DNA of 64,000 nt from Candidatus Omnitrophota bacterium. Lineage in GTDB: Bacteria; Omnitrophota; Gorgyraeia; Aquiviventales; Aquiviventaceae. Positions 16,942 to 25,172 of the stretch are shown piece after piece. The notes under the pieces are model-generated. The model made no database searches and had not been told where the DNA came from. It saw only the letters and a program-made list of their open reading frames with translations. Numbering within the stretch: the stretch's first letter is position 1; every line of letters starts with the position of its first letter. A program made the translations under genes and the position numbers. The stretch is taken from contig JACPSR010000142.1 of NCBI GenBank assembly GCA_016193175.1, positions 54,332 through 118,331 of the forward strand. The letters run 5' to 3'.

Positions 16942-18096
16942 ACCCTGTGCGTTCCCACCTACAATCGTCCCGCGTTCATCGAGCGGTTGCTGCGCTACTA
17001 CGCAGCCACCAGCTCTCGGCACTGGATCTTCATCGGCGATTCCAGCGATCCCAATGATGCCAAGCGCACCCAGCGGGCGGTCGCGTCGTGGGGGGGGCGG
17101 CTCCAGGTGCGCTACGAGGCGTGCGCGGGCTTAAGTTCCTGTGCCGCCTTGGAACATGTCAGTCGCCTCATCATGACCCCCTATTGCGCCTTTTTAGGCG
17201 ATGACGATTTCCTCTGCACGAATGGGATCGAGCAGTGCCTGGAGTTTCTGGAGCGCCATCCCAGCTACGGGGCGGCTCATGGAAAAGGCCTCCTGTTCCA
17301 AACCGAAACCGGAGCTGCGTACGGACCGATTGGGATGGTCAGGCCGTATCCGCAGGTCGTGCTGAATGCGGATTCTGCTGCCGGGCGACTGCGAGACGTA
17401 TTGACCGCACGCGTCGGCGGGCTGCTGTATTCGGTGCATCGGACTCACACGTGGCGGGCCATGTTCGCGGGGATCGGGCGGCTCTCAGGCACGACGAATA
17501 CGAACATCTTCAAAGATGAGCTCATCGCGGTTTGCCTCTCCGCCATTCGCAACACGGTGCAGGAACTCGACTGTTTGTACCTGATTCGTCACACACATGA
17601 GGCGATCTATAAGTACCCCACTATCTACGATTGGGTGACAGATCCGATGTGGTTTCCGTCGTTCCAGGCATTCCGTGATCGCCTGGTCACGGAACTGATG
17701 GAGCAGGACCGTCTGCATGAGCCAGACGCGCAGGCCGTCTTCAAGGATGTGTTCTGGTCCTTTCTGGCTCATGTCCTCATGAACGGTTGGCAGCGATCCC
17801 GGCAACCAGCGCGAGTGAAACCAGTGAGTCGGCTGCAGGTTCTGGCCAAGCGCGTGCCGGGCCTACAGCGCGGGTGGCAAAAGGTGTTGGCCATTCGGCA
17901 GCGGTGGCAAGACGAACTGTCGCTGCCGGCGCTGCTTCACCCCTCCTCACCGTACCATGACGATTTCATGCCGATTTATGAGGCGGTGACCCACGCGCCC
18001 GCGGACGCACTCGTGGCGGTGGCGTCCGAGCGCCACCTGGTGTCCAGCAAGGGCGCGTTGGATGCTGGTGCGGTGCTGAGAGAGCCCCATGGCTGA
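16936..18096 (+). CDS. Glycosyltransferase family 2-like protein (paralog 2 of a tandem pair)
   Basis: MITLCVPTYNRPAFIERLLRYY, IGDSSD and C-terminal SPYHDDFMPIYEAVT parallel the preceding gene. The open frame extends to the ATG at 16828 through the repeat. Confidence 0.5.
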   Translation: MITLCVPTYNRPAFIERLLRYYAATSSRHWIFIGDSSDPNDAKRTQRAVASWGGRLQVRYEACAGLSSCAALEHVSRLIMTPYCAFLGDDDFLCTNGIEQCLEFLERHPSYGAAHGKGLLFQTETGAAYGPIGMVRPYPQVVLNADSAAGRLRDVLTARVGGLLYSVHRTHTWRAMFAGIGRLSGTTNTNIFKDELIAVCLSAIRNTVQELDCLYLIRHTHEAIYKYPTIYDWVTDPMWFPSFQAFRDRLVTELMEQDRLHEPDAQAVFKDVFWSFLAHVLMNGWQRSRQPARVKPVSRLQVLAKRVPGLQRGWQKVLAIRQRWQDELSLPALLHPSSPYHDDFMPIYEAVTHAPADALVAVASERHLVSSKGALDAGAVLREPHG

Positions 18097-18271
18097 ACGG
18101 GATCAGACGCGGGTGTTGATTGTTGGGTGCCGACAAGTGGGCAGTCGGCATCTGCAGGCCGTCGCGACGTTGCCACACGTTGCTGAGATTGACGTCATCG
18201 ATCCGCGCGCTGCGGCGACGCTGACGAGGCACACAGAATCGGTGTTTGGCTACGAAGGAGGAACTGGATGA
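18089..18271 (+). pseudogene. N-terminal remnant (about 40 aa) of a Rossmann oxidoreductase, paralogous to the 5' end of CDS 21227-22231
   Basis: MAERDQTRVLIVGCRQVGSRHLQAVATLPHVAEIDVIDPR versus MAESDNARVLIVGCGELGSRHLQAVATLPDVAEIDVVDSR. Both have the same ATGGCTGA junction. The 60-codon ORF then diverges and stops. Confidence 0.65.
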
Positions 18272-18981
18272 CGCTCACAGGACTCGTGCAACGGGGATGT
18301 CGCACGTTTGGCTTCGAGGTGCGCCGTCTCCACGGCGGGGTCGTACCCCAGCCGCCGCCCATGATTGCGTACTGGCTCGACCGGGTCGAATATGTCCGGT
18401 GCCGCATGGAGCAGATTGCCCATCTCGATGGCGCTATCGTTGAATGCGGGGTCTATCGGGGTCGTACCCTGTCGATGTTCGCCTATTGGATGCAGCGGCC
18501 GGCGCACGCCCAGCGCCACCTCTTTGGATTCGATTCGTTCCGAGGGTTCCCCGCACCGACGCCGAACGATGGAGGAAACCGGGAGGCTCACGAGGGGAAC
18601 TATGGAGACACCTCCCCAGCGATCGTGCGCGCGTTCCTTGAAGCCTCAGGCATTCCTCGGGAATTCATGGAGACGCGGTGTCACCTGATCCCTGGCTTTT
18701 TCAGCGAGACCGTGCCCAATTGGACGCCGCAGCCTATTGCCCTGCTGCATGTGGACTGCGATCTCTATGAATCCACCATGCAGGTGCTCACCCTCCTTGC
18801 GCCGCAGGTCGTCCCAGGAGGCGTCATCCTGTTTGATGAGTACGAAGAGCCTCGGTATCCTGGGGCCAGGCAGGCGATCGAGGAGTATTTCGGTGAGGAG
18901 GTCTCGGCAATCCAAACGGACGCCTTCCGGAACAAGCACTACCTCGTCAAGGTAGGTGTGCCGGCTCAGAGGAGCGCCTAG
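18268..18981 (+). CDS. TylF/MycF-family class I SAM-dependent O-methyltransferase
   Basis: LLHVDCDLYESTMQVLTLLAPQVVPGGVILFDEY is characteristic of the macrocin-O-methyltransferase family. Confidence 0.7.
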   Translation: MTLTGLVQRGCRTFGFEVRRLHGGVVPQPPPMIAYWLDRVEYVRCRMEQIAHLDGAIVECGVYRGRTLSMFAYWMQRPAHAQRHLFGFDSFRGFPAPTPNDGGNREAHEGNYGDTSPAIVRAFLEASGIPREFMETRCHLIPGFFSETVPNWTPQPIALLHVDCDLYESTMQVLTLLAPQVVPGGVILFDEYEEPRYPGARQAIEEYFGEEVSAIQTDAFRNKHYLVKVGVPAQRSA

Positions 18982-20076
18982 GTGTCAGGATCGCCATGGC
19001 GTGGTGAGATGACGGCTGTGCTGACCGAGTATGCACAGGCCCATGTGGTGCGGGAGCCGCGTCTTGTCGAGCGGCTGTTAGTCATCGGGGGGCTGCCCGG
19101 GTGCGGGAAGGGCCTGTTGGCGCCGATCCTCGGCACCTTGGCCCGGATCGAGATCCAGAAGTACAACGAGGCCATCGAGCATGTCTGTGGACTGCGCCTC
19201 CTCGGCAAGCTGGATGAGGAGACGGCCACGGTGATGATCCGGATGCTCACGGACTTGGATCTCTATTACCTCAGCATGTCCAGAGAAGTTAATCTGAGAT
19301 TCGGGGACATCACATCCGTGTGGAAGAATGCCGGAACCCTCCGATATCTCCGAAGGCTGTACCAGCCCGGGGATGCGGCGGCGGTCGAGAGGATTCGACG
19401 CGAACACCCCATCCTCCAGATTCTCCTGCACAGCGGTCTGGCGATCAGCCCGCCGCTGTTTCGGGCCTTGGGAAGCGCCGTGCGGTTGCTCGATCTGGTC
19501 CGGCATCCCCTCCACCTCATTCACGTGTCGTGGCGGGCGTACATCGAACGCTATGGCATCGATGTCCGAGATTTCACGCTCTGGTGTGCGTACGAGGGCC
19601 GGGCGGTGCCGTATTTTGCGCAGGGATGGGAGGACCTCTACCTCAGATCGAACCCCATGGATCGCGTGATTTTTTCGATCGAGCGCTTGCTGGAGATGGG
19701 TCGCCAGGCGATAGAGAGCTTGCCTGATGATCAGAAGGCACAGGTGTTGATTGTCCCATTCGAGCGCTTTGTGCTGGATCCCTGGCCGTACCTGGAGCAA
19801 ATCGAGGGGTGGCTGGGCACACGGCGGACCTCCCTGACACGCAGGACCATGAAGCGGCAGCGCGTGCCGAGGGATCGGGTGACCGCGACGGTTGACCGTC
19901 CGATCGACAAGCTGTATCGCTGGAAGTCTGCGGGGAAGGCCACAGGTGCAGGCGGTGAGTTGGCCCAGCTGCGGCGCGCGGTGGCGACGGAGGCCTCCGC
20001 GGAGGGCCTCAAGGTACTCGACCGACTGTGTGCCGACTATGAGGCGACCTACCTCGACGGCGGCGTGAGATGGTGA
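18982..20076 (+). CDS. P-loop (GxPGxGKG) protein of unknown function, kinase- or sulfotransferase-like
   Basis: VIGGLPGCGKGLL resembles an NMP-kinase-type Walker A motif. GTG start at 18982 or ATG at 19009. The C-terminus LCADYEATYLDGGVRW is duplicated as a remnant at 23326-23413. Confidence 0.4.
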   Translation: MSGSPWRGEMTAVLTEYAQAHVVREPRLVERLLVIGGLPGCGKGLLAPILGTLARIEIQKYNEAIEHVCGLRLLGKLDEETATVMIRMLTDLDLYYLSMSREVNLRFGDITSVWKNAGTLRYLRRLYQPGDAAAVERIRREHPILQILLHSGLAISPPLFRALGSAVRLLDLVRHPLHLIHVSWRAYIERYGIDVRDFTLWCAYEGRAVPYFAQGWEDLYLRSNPMDRVIFSIERLLEMGRQAIESLPDDQKAQVLIVPFERFVLDPWPYLEQIEGWLGTRRTSLTRRTMKRQRVPRDRVTATVDRPIDKLYRWKSAGKATGAGGELAQLRRAVATEASAEGLKVLDRLCADYEATYLDGGVRW

Positions 20077-20342
20077 CCGGCGTCGGTCTCAGGGGGCTTG
20101 CGACGTCCACGCGACGTGGAGGGATTGGCACGCTGCGGGTTGCGGTTCTCGGGACGGGAAGTGCCGGCCTGATGCCTCTGCGTGCGCTGCGTCAGCTCGA
20201 GGGAGTTGAGCCAGTCGCGGTGCCAAGGCGTCTTGAATGCATCGAGGCGTTGGCTGCGATGGGCATGCGCACATCGCGAGATCTGCGTGAGGCAGCCGCA
20301 ACGGGCGCCATCCGCCGTGAGGGGCAATCCCATGACTCCTGA
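20070..20342 (+). pseudogene. N-terminal remnant (about 70 aa) of a Gfo/Idh/MocA oxidoreductase, paralogous to the 5' end of CDS 23407-24423
   Basis: RVAVLGTGSAGLMPLRALRQLEGVEPVAVPRR...RDLREAAATGA versus RVAVVGTGSAGMRHLDVLRQLDGVESIAVPKR...RDLREVVASGA. Both have the same ATGGTGA stop/start junction. Similarity ends near 20312 and the ORF stops at 20342. Confidence 0.65.
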
Positions 20343-21234
20343 GGCAGCCGAAGTTCGTATCGCCGCACCATCCATCGACGCTGGAGAACTCTATGATGTG
20401 GCGGCGGCTGGTGGGGAGTTCTGGTTCTACCAAGATCTCCGAGACAAGAGCCCTCGGTGGTATGATGAATGCTATTTCAACCCAGACTGCGTGTTGCTGT
20501 TTCCGGAGACCCGGCAGGTCTACTGGTTTGATCTCGACCACGTCTCGGTGGGGGCGGAGGCGACCGGTACCCGGCGGCACGTCTTGGGGAACCTCTGGAG
20601 GAAAAAATTCGCCTTCGCCTCCGATGGTAATCGACTGAGTATCCTGCCCTGTGCAGTGACAGGCCTGTGGAGGGGCAGGCCCACGGCGATGCGGCCGCAG
20701 GAGACAGAAGGCATCGCCTACGTGGTCGGCGATCGCTATCGGAGAGTATGCGAGATCAGGGCCGATGGCACGATGGATCCTCAAGAGCGACGCGAGCTCG
20801 ATGAGGCCTGGCGTCAGCACCGGAAGTTGAAGGTGGGGGTACCACTGGGCCGGAGCGTGCTCATCTATGGGATCCGGCTGGCGTTCCAGCAAAAGGGGGT
20901 CTACAGTTTTGCTTCGAAAACCGTGGTCATCCCATCCCCGCAGGCGCGGGCGTTCTCATGGGAGCAGGCATCACTTGGGAACATCTGCGTGGGATCGGAT
21001 GGCTCCTGTTCCATCTACCGTGAACAGACCTCGCGGCCGGGTCTCCTGCAGGTCCTCGCAACCTATGCTCCCACGGTGCTGCAACGGGCTAGCGGCATGT
21101 TGAACCGATCCCCGGATGGGTTCAAGGAATGGGTGCGGTCGCTGGCGCGGCCGATGCTTCGGTGTCTGCTCACATTTGAAGTCGACCATGCGCGGTGCCC
21201 GTTCACGATCTTTGTGAGGGAGGCCGATGGCTGA
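20332..21234 (+). CDS. Hypothetical protein (300 aa), no domain recognised
   Basis: Long ORF with balanced, protein-like composition. Its stop lies in an ATGGCTGA junction with the next gene. It sits between the two remnant-bearing junctions. Confidence 0.5.
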   Translation: MTPEAAEVRIAAPSIDAGELYDVAAAGGEFWFYQDLRDKSPRWYDECYFNPDCVLLFPETRQVYWFDLDHVSVGAEATGTRRHVLGNLWRKKFAFASDGNRLSILPCAVTGLWRGRPTAMRPQETEGIAYVVGDRYRRVCEIRADGTMDPQERRELDEAWRQHRKLKVGVPLGRSVLIYGIRLAFQQKGVYSFASKTVVIPSPQARAFSWEQASLGNICVGSDGSCSIYREQTSRPGLLQVLATYAPTVLQRASGMLNRSPDGFKEWVRSLARPMLRCLLTFEVDHARCPFTIFVREADG

Positions 21235-22231
21235 GTCGGACAACGCTCGGGTGCTGATCGTCGGGTGCGGCGAGCTTGGCAGTCGTCATCTGCAGGCCGT
21301 CGCGACGCTCCCAGACGTGGCGGAGATTGACGTCGTGGACTCACGCACCGAGGCGTTGAGGCAGGGACAGGAACGCCTCGTTGAGGTCACGGAGCGCAAC
21401 CCCCAAACGCGGTATCGTTGGCTATCCTCGTTGGAGGAGGCTGCTGGTGGGGGTCAACTGTGCATTGTGGCTACCCAGGCGGAAGGGCGCTGTCAGCTCG
21501 TGCGGGATGTGGTTGAGCGGCTAGGGTACGGAGGGTTTCTTTTGGAGAAGATCGTCGGCCAGTCCATCGAGGAAATTGAAGGTCTCGAAACGTTCTTGGG
21601 GGTGCGGGGGTGTACCGCCTGGGTCAACCTGAAAACACGGACGTACCCCATCTATCAGCACATCAAGCAGCGGCTGGAGCCTGGCGAGCCCATCCAATTG
21701 ACGTCGCTCGGCGGTAATCACGGTCTGGCCACGAACGGCGTGCATACGGCGGATTTGTTTGCGTTCTTCGATGGAACCGAGGAGATCGAGTTGGTTGGCT
21801 GCCGCGTTGATCCGATCCTGCATCCGTCAAAGCGGGGCGAGCGTCTCTTTGACCTCAGCGGAACCCTCCAAGGGGCCACGAAGAACGGGAGCCATTTTAT
21901 GCTGTCGTATGCGAAGGACCACAAGCAGTCGGAGCAGATCACGATTGCGGGTCGGCGCTATCGGTGCATCGTCGATCAGAGCGAGAGGAAGCGGTGGGTG
22001 GTCGAAAGCCACGTGGACACGGGTTGGGTGTGGCAGCCGGTCCCATCGACAGAGAACCTTCGGGTCAGCCTGATGAGCCGGCAATTTGTCCGGGAGATCC
22101 TCCATACCGGAACCTGCAGCCTGCCGACGCTCAAGGAGTCCTTGGTGGCGCACCGGTTCATCTTCGGGGCCATTCAGCCGGTGTTCAGTCAGCTGATGGG
22201 ACATGAGGTTGAGTTATGTCCGGTGACGTGA
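21227..22231 (+). CDS. Rossmann-fold oxidoreductase, Gfo/Idh/MocA-like
   Basis: RVLIVGCGELGSRHLQA N-terminal dinucleotide fold and FLLEKIVG (a variant of the EKP motif). Confidence 0.55.
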   Translation: MAESDNARVLIVGCGELGSRHLQAVATLPDVAEIDVVDSRTEALRQGQERLVEVTERNPQTRYRWLSSLEEAAGGGQLCIVATQAEGRCQLVRDVVERLGYGGFLLEKIVGQSIEEIEGLETFLGVRGCTAWVNLKTRTYPIYQHIKQRLEPGEPIQLTSLGGNHGLATNGVHTADLFAFFDGTEEIELVGCRVDPILHPSKRGERLFDLSGTLQGATKNGSHFMLSYAKDHKQSEQITIAGRRYRCIVDQSERKRWVVESHVDTGWVWQPVPSTENLRVSLMSRQFVREILHTGTCSLPTLKESLVAHRFIFGAIQPVFSQLMGHEVELCPVT

Positions 22232-23280
22232 CGGGGTCGGCGCTTGAGGCGCGCGCGCCGTGCTCTGCGTCGGAGCTTGCAGCCGCCATCGCCCGGGCGG
22301 ATGTGGCGGGTGCCGTTGCGACCGTGGTCGGAATCGGCACGATGGGCAAACACTTCGTGAGCGCGCTCCGGGCGCTCGGGGTGAAGCGTGTGCGCCTCTG
22401 CGCTCGTTCGCCAGGACCCTTGGAGTCGTTCCGAGCGTTCGAGGGGTTCGAAACGTTCGCCGGCGGCATTGAGCGGTTCGTCGGCCGACCGGCTCCTGGC
22501 GAGCTGGCGATTATCGCGACCCCGACGGCCTTGCTCATCCCGGCCGCCCGGCGGCTGGCGTCGCTGGGCTTCCGTCGGCTGCTGATTGAGAAACCTGTCT
22601 CGCTCTGGCCGGCGGAGATTGAGCGGCTGGCCGAGGAGCTTGAGGGCGAGGGGGTCGAGGCGTCCTGCGCCTACAACCGCGTCGCGTATCCCTCGTGTCA
22701 AGAAGTGCGGGCTCGTGTCGCCCGCGAGGGCGGGGCCACCTCGTGTACCTATACGTTCACCGAGCGGATCAAGCCGGATTGGCCGCAGACGTTTTCCGCG
22801 GAAGAGCTGGCGCGGTGGGGCATCGCCAACAGCTTGCATGTGATGAGCATGGCGCATGGGGTGATCGGCTGGCCCGCGTCCTGGTCGGCCCATCGTTCCG
22901 GCAGCCTGCCGTGGCACCCGACCGGAGCCGTCTTTATGGGGTCCGGCGTCTCGGATCGTGGGATCCCCTTTGGGTATCATGCGGATTGGGGTTCCACTGG
23001 CCGCTGGTCCGTCGAGGTCCATACCGCGGCCGCGTCGTATCGGTTGTGTCCCCTCGAACAAGTGTTTCGCCGGACATCGACGACGAGCGGCTGGACAGAC
23101 ATTCCGGTCGCGGCCTTCGCGCCGCAGGTGAAGGCGGGAATCACGGAGCAGGTGGCGGCGATGTTGTGTGAGGAGATCGGGGAGCGGGTGCCGCTGGTGT
23201 CGCTGCGCGCGGCCGCCTCGCTGTCGAGATACGCTGAAGCGGTCTTCGGCTATGACTCGGCGGAGACAGAGGCGCCATGA
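22216..23280 (+). CDS. Rossmann-fold oxidoreductase, Gfo/Idh/MocA-like
   Basis: VVGIGTMGKHFVSAL, IATPTALLIPAARRL and LLIEKPVS (EKP motif). Confidence 0.55.
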   Translation: MSGDVTGSALEARAPCSASELAAAIARADVAGAVATVVGIGTMGKHFVSALRALGVKRVRLCARSPGPLESFRAFEGFETFAGGIERFVGRPAPGELAIIATPTALLIPAARRLASLGFRRLLIEKPVSLWPAEIERLAEELEGEGVEASCAYNRVAYPSCQEVRARVAREGGATSCTYTFTERIKPDWPQTFSAEELARWGIANSLHVMSMAHGVIGWPASWSAHRSGSLPWHPTGAVFMGSGVSDRGIPFGYHADWGSTGRWSVEVHTAAASYRLCPLEQVFRRTSTTSGWTDIPVAAFAPQVKAGITEQVAAMLCEEIGERVPLVSLRAAASLSRYAEAVFGYDSAETEAP

Positions 23281-23325
23281 TCGTCGCAGTCGATCGCGCG
23301 GATCGATGAGGATGGAGACGCCAGT

Positions 23326-23413
23326 GCCAACCGTGTCATCCTTCGTTGAGACAGCGAGGCGGCTGTGCGCAGCCTATGAGGCGATGTACCTCGACGGTGG
23401 CGTGGCATGGTGA
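23326..23413 (+). pseudogene. C-terminal remnant of a paralog of CDS 18982-20076
   Basis: ARRLCAAYEAMYLDGGVAW* versus LDRLCADYEATYLDGGVRW*. DNA similarity runs from 23363, matching 20026 onward. It lies in otherwise non-coding 23281-23406. Confidence 0.55.
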
Positions 23414-24423
23414 TGGGCAGAGTGGCGACGCGGGTCGGGGTGCGGCGGGTGGCCGTCGTCGGAACGGGAAGCGCTGGCATGAGGCATCTGGATGTCCTAC
23501 GTCAACTCGACGGCGTTGAGTCGATCGCCGTGCCCAAGCGTCCCGAGCGTGCCGCAGAACTGGCCGGAGCTGGCCAGGCGGCGTTGCGCGATTTGCGCGA
23601 GGTGGTGGCGTCCGGTGCCACGCGCGCGATCATCGCGACGGATACCGGCTGTCACCTTGAAGATGGGCTTGCAGCGCTGGGGCAGGGGTTGGACCTGCTC
23701 ATCGAAAAGCCGCTGGCGACCAACGCCACCGACGCGGCACGGCTTCGCGCGGCGGCTGTCCACGCCGGGCGAAGACTATTCGTTGGTTGCGTCTTACGGT
23801 TTTCGGAATCCCTCAACGCCTTCCACTCGTTGCTGAAGCAGATCGGCCGGGTGCACTCGGTGCGCATCGAATGCCAGTCATATCTGCCGGACTGGCGGCC
23901 CGCCCGCCCCTATCAGGAGTCCTATGTGGCGCGTCGCGTAGAAGGCGGGGTCTTGTTAGATCTCATTCATGAGATCGACTACGCGGGGTGGATCTTCGGG
24001 TGGCCCAAGGCGGTTCAGGCGAGGCTACGCAACGTGGGGCGCTTGAGCATCGCGGAAGAGGAAACCGTTGATCTGCTGTGGGAAACGCCCATGGCCGGCT
24101 GCGTCTCGATGAGCTTGGATTATCTGACCCGCCCCCCACGCCGCGTGACGCGGGCCTGCGGGGAACGGGGGACCGTGGAGTGGGATGGCATCGCGGGGAC
24201 GGCGAGCTTGGCCCTTGCGGGACAAGCGCCGATGGTCGTCCGCTCTTCACAGACACGCGAGGAGATGTTCCTCGCCCAGGTGCGCGCGTTCCTCGAAGCG
24301 TGTGGTGACGGGCGCGATCCGCGACTGGCCACAGCTGAGGATGGCGTGAGGGCTCTGGCGGTCTGTGACGCAGCACGCCGGTCCTCTCAGAGCCGGCAGG
24401 AGGAGCCGGTGGTGATCCTATGA
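23407..24423 (+). CDS. Gfo/Idh/MocA family oxidoreductase (PtmF-like position in a nonulosonic acid cluster)
   Basis: RVAVVGTGSAGMRHL, LLIEKPLA (EKP motif) and a C-terminal alpha/beta domain. Directly upstream of neuA. Confidence 0.75.
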   Translation: MVMGRVATRVGVRRVAVVGTGSAGMRHLDVLRQLDGVESIAVPKRPERAAELAGAGQAALRDLREVVASGATRAIIATDTGCHLEDGLAALGQGLDLLIEKPLATNATDAARLRAAAVHAGRRLFVGCVLRFSESLNAFHSLLKQIGRVHSVRIECQSYLPDWRPARPYQESYVARRVEGGVLLDLIHEIDYAGWIFGWPKAVQARLRNVGRLSIAEEETVDLLWETPMAGCVSMSLDYLTRPPRRVTRACGERGTVEWDGIAGTASLALAGQAPMVVRSSQTREEMFLAQVRAFLEACGDGRDPRLATAEDGVRALAVCDAARRSSQSRQEEPVVIL

Positions 24424-25172
24424 GCGTCGGCAGGCGGTTGCTGGCGGTGATTCCCGCGAGGGGAGGATCGCGCGGGCTGCCGGGCAAGAACATCCGACTG
24501 TTTGCGGGGCTGCCCTTGATCGGCCATGCGGTTCGCTTTGCGCAAATGTGTCTTGAGATCACGCGAAGCGTCGTCTCCACGGATGACGAGGAGATTGCCC
24601 GAGTGGCGCGGAACTGTGGCGCGGAGGTCCCGTTCATCCGACCATCAGCGCTCTCGCAGGATGACACACCGCTGTGGCCGGTGGTTCGCCATGCGCTGGC
24701 ATGGGTCGAGGAGCACGAGGGAGAGGCCTACGACCTCGTGTTGCTCTTGGATCCCACCTCACCAGCGAGGGAGCCCTTGGATGTGAGCCAGGCGATGGAG
24801 CGGCTGCGGCACGCCCCAGAAGCCGACGGCATCATCGGGGTATCGCAGCCGGACTTCAACCCCATCTGGCACTGCGTGGTCGAACGTGACGGATGGATGG
24901 CCCATCTGATTGATAGCGGCAGGCAATTTCATCGTCGGCAGGACGTTCCCACGGTGTACCGCATCAACGGCTCGCTCTACCTGTGGCGGGCCGCTTTCGT
25001 CCGGGACCAAGCCGCTGCGTGGGAAGCGGGAAGGCACCTGATGTACGAGATTCCGGAGTCTCGGGCGATGTCGATCGACACGATCGAGGAGTTTGAACAG
25101 GCGGAGTTGTTGGTCACAGGGGGCCTCATCCATCTGCCGTGGGTGCAGGAGGACGAAAGCAGAGCAAGATGA
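24420..25172 (+). CDS. neuA: N-acylneuraminate (nonulosonate) cytidylyltransferase
   Basis: LAVIPARGGSRGLPGKNIRLFAGLPLIGHAV is the CMP-NeuAc synthetase family signature. Confidence 0.85.
   Translation: MSVGRRLLAVIPARGGSRGLPGKNIRLFAGLPLIGHAVRFAQMCLEITRSVVSTDDEEIARVARNCGAEVPFIRPSALSQDDTPLWPVVRHALAWVEEHEGEAYDLVLLLDPTSPAREPLDVSQAMERLRHAPEADGIIGVSQPDFNPIWHCVVERDGWMAHLIDSGRQFHRRQDVPTVYRINGSLYLWRAAFVRDQAAAWEAGRHLMYEIPESRAMSIDTIEEFEQAELLVTGGLIHLPWVQEDESRAR

Noticed and set aside
20100-20122. Small hairpin TCCACG-CGA-CGTGGA in the leader of remnant 2
   Set aside because: The stem is only 6 bp, the hairpin is absent from the paralogous copy at 23407, and it has no associated motif. It is likely incidental.
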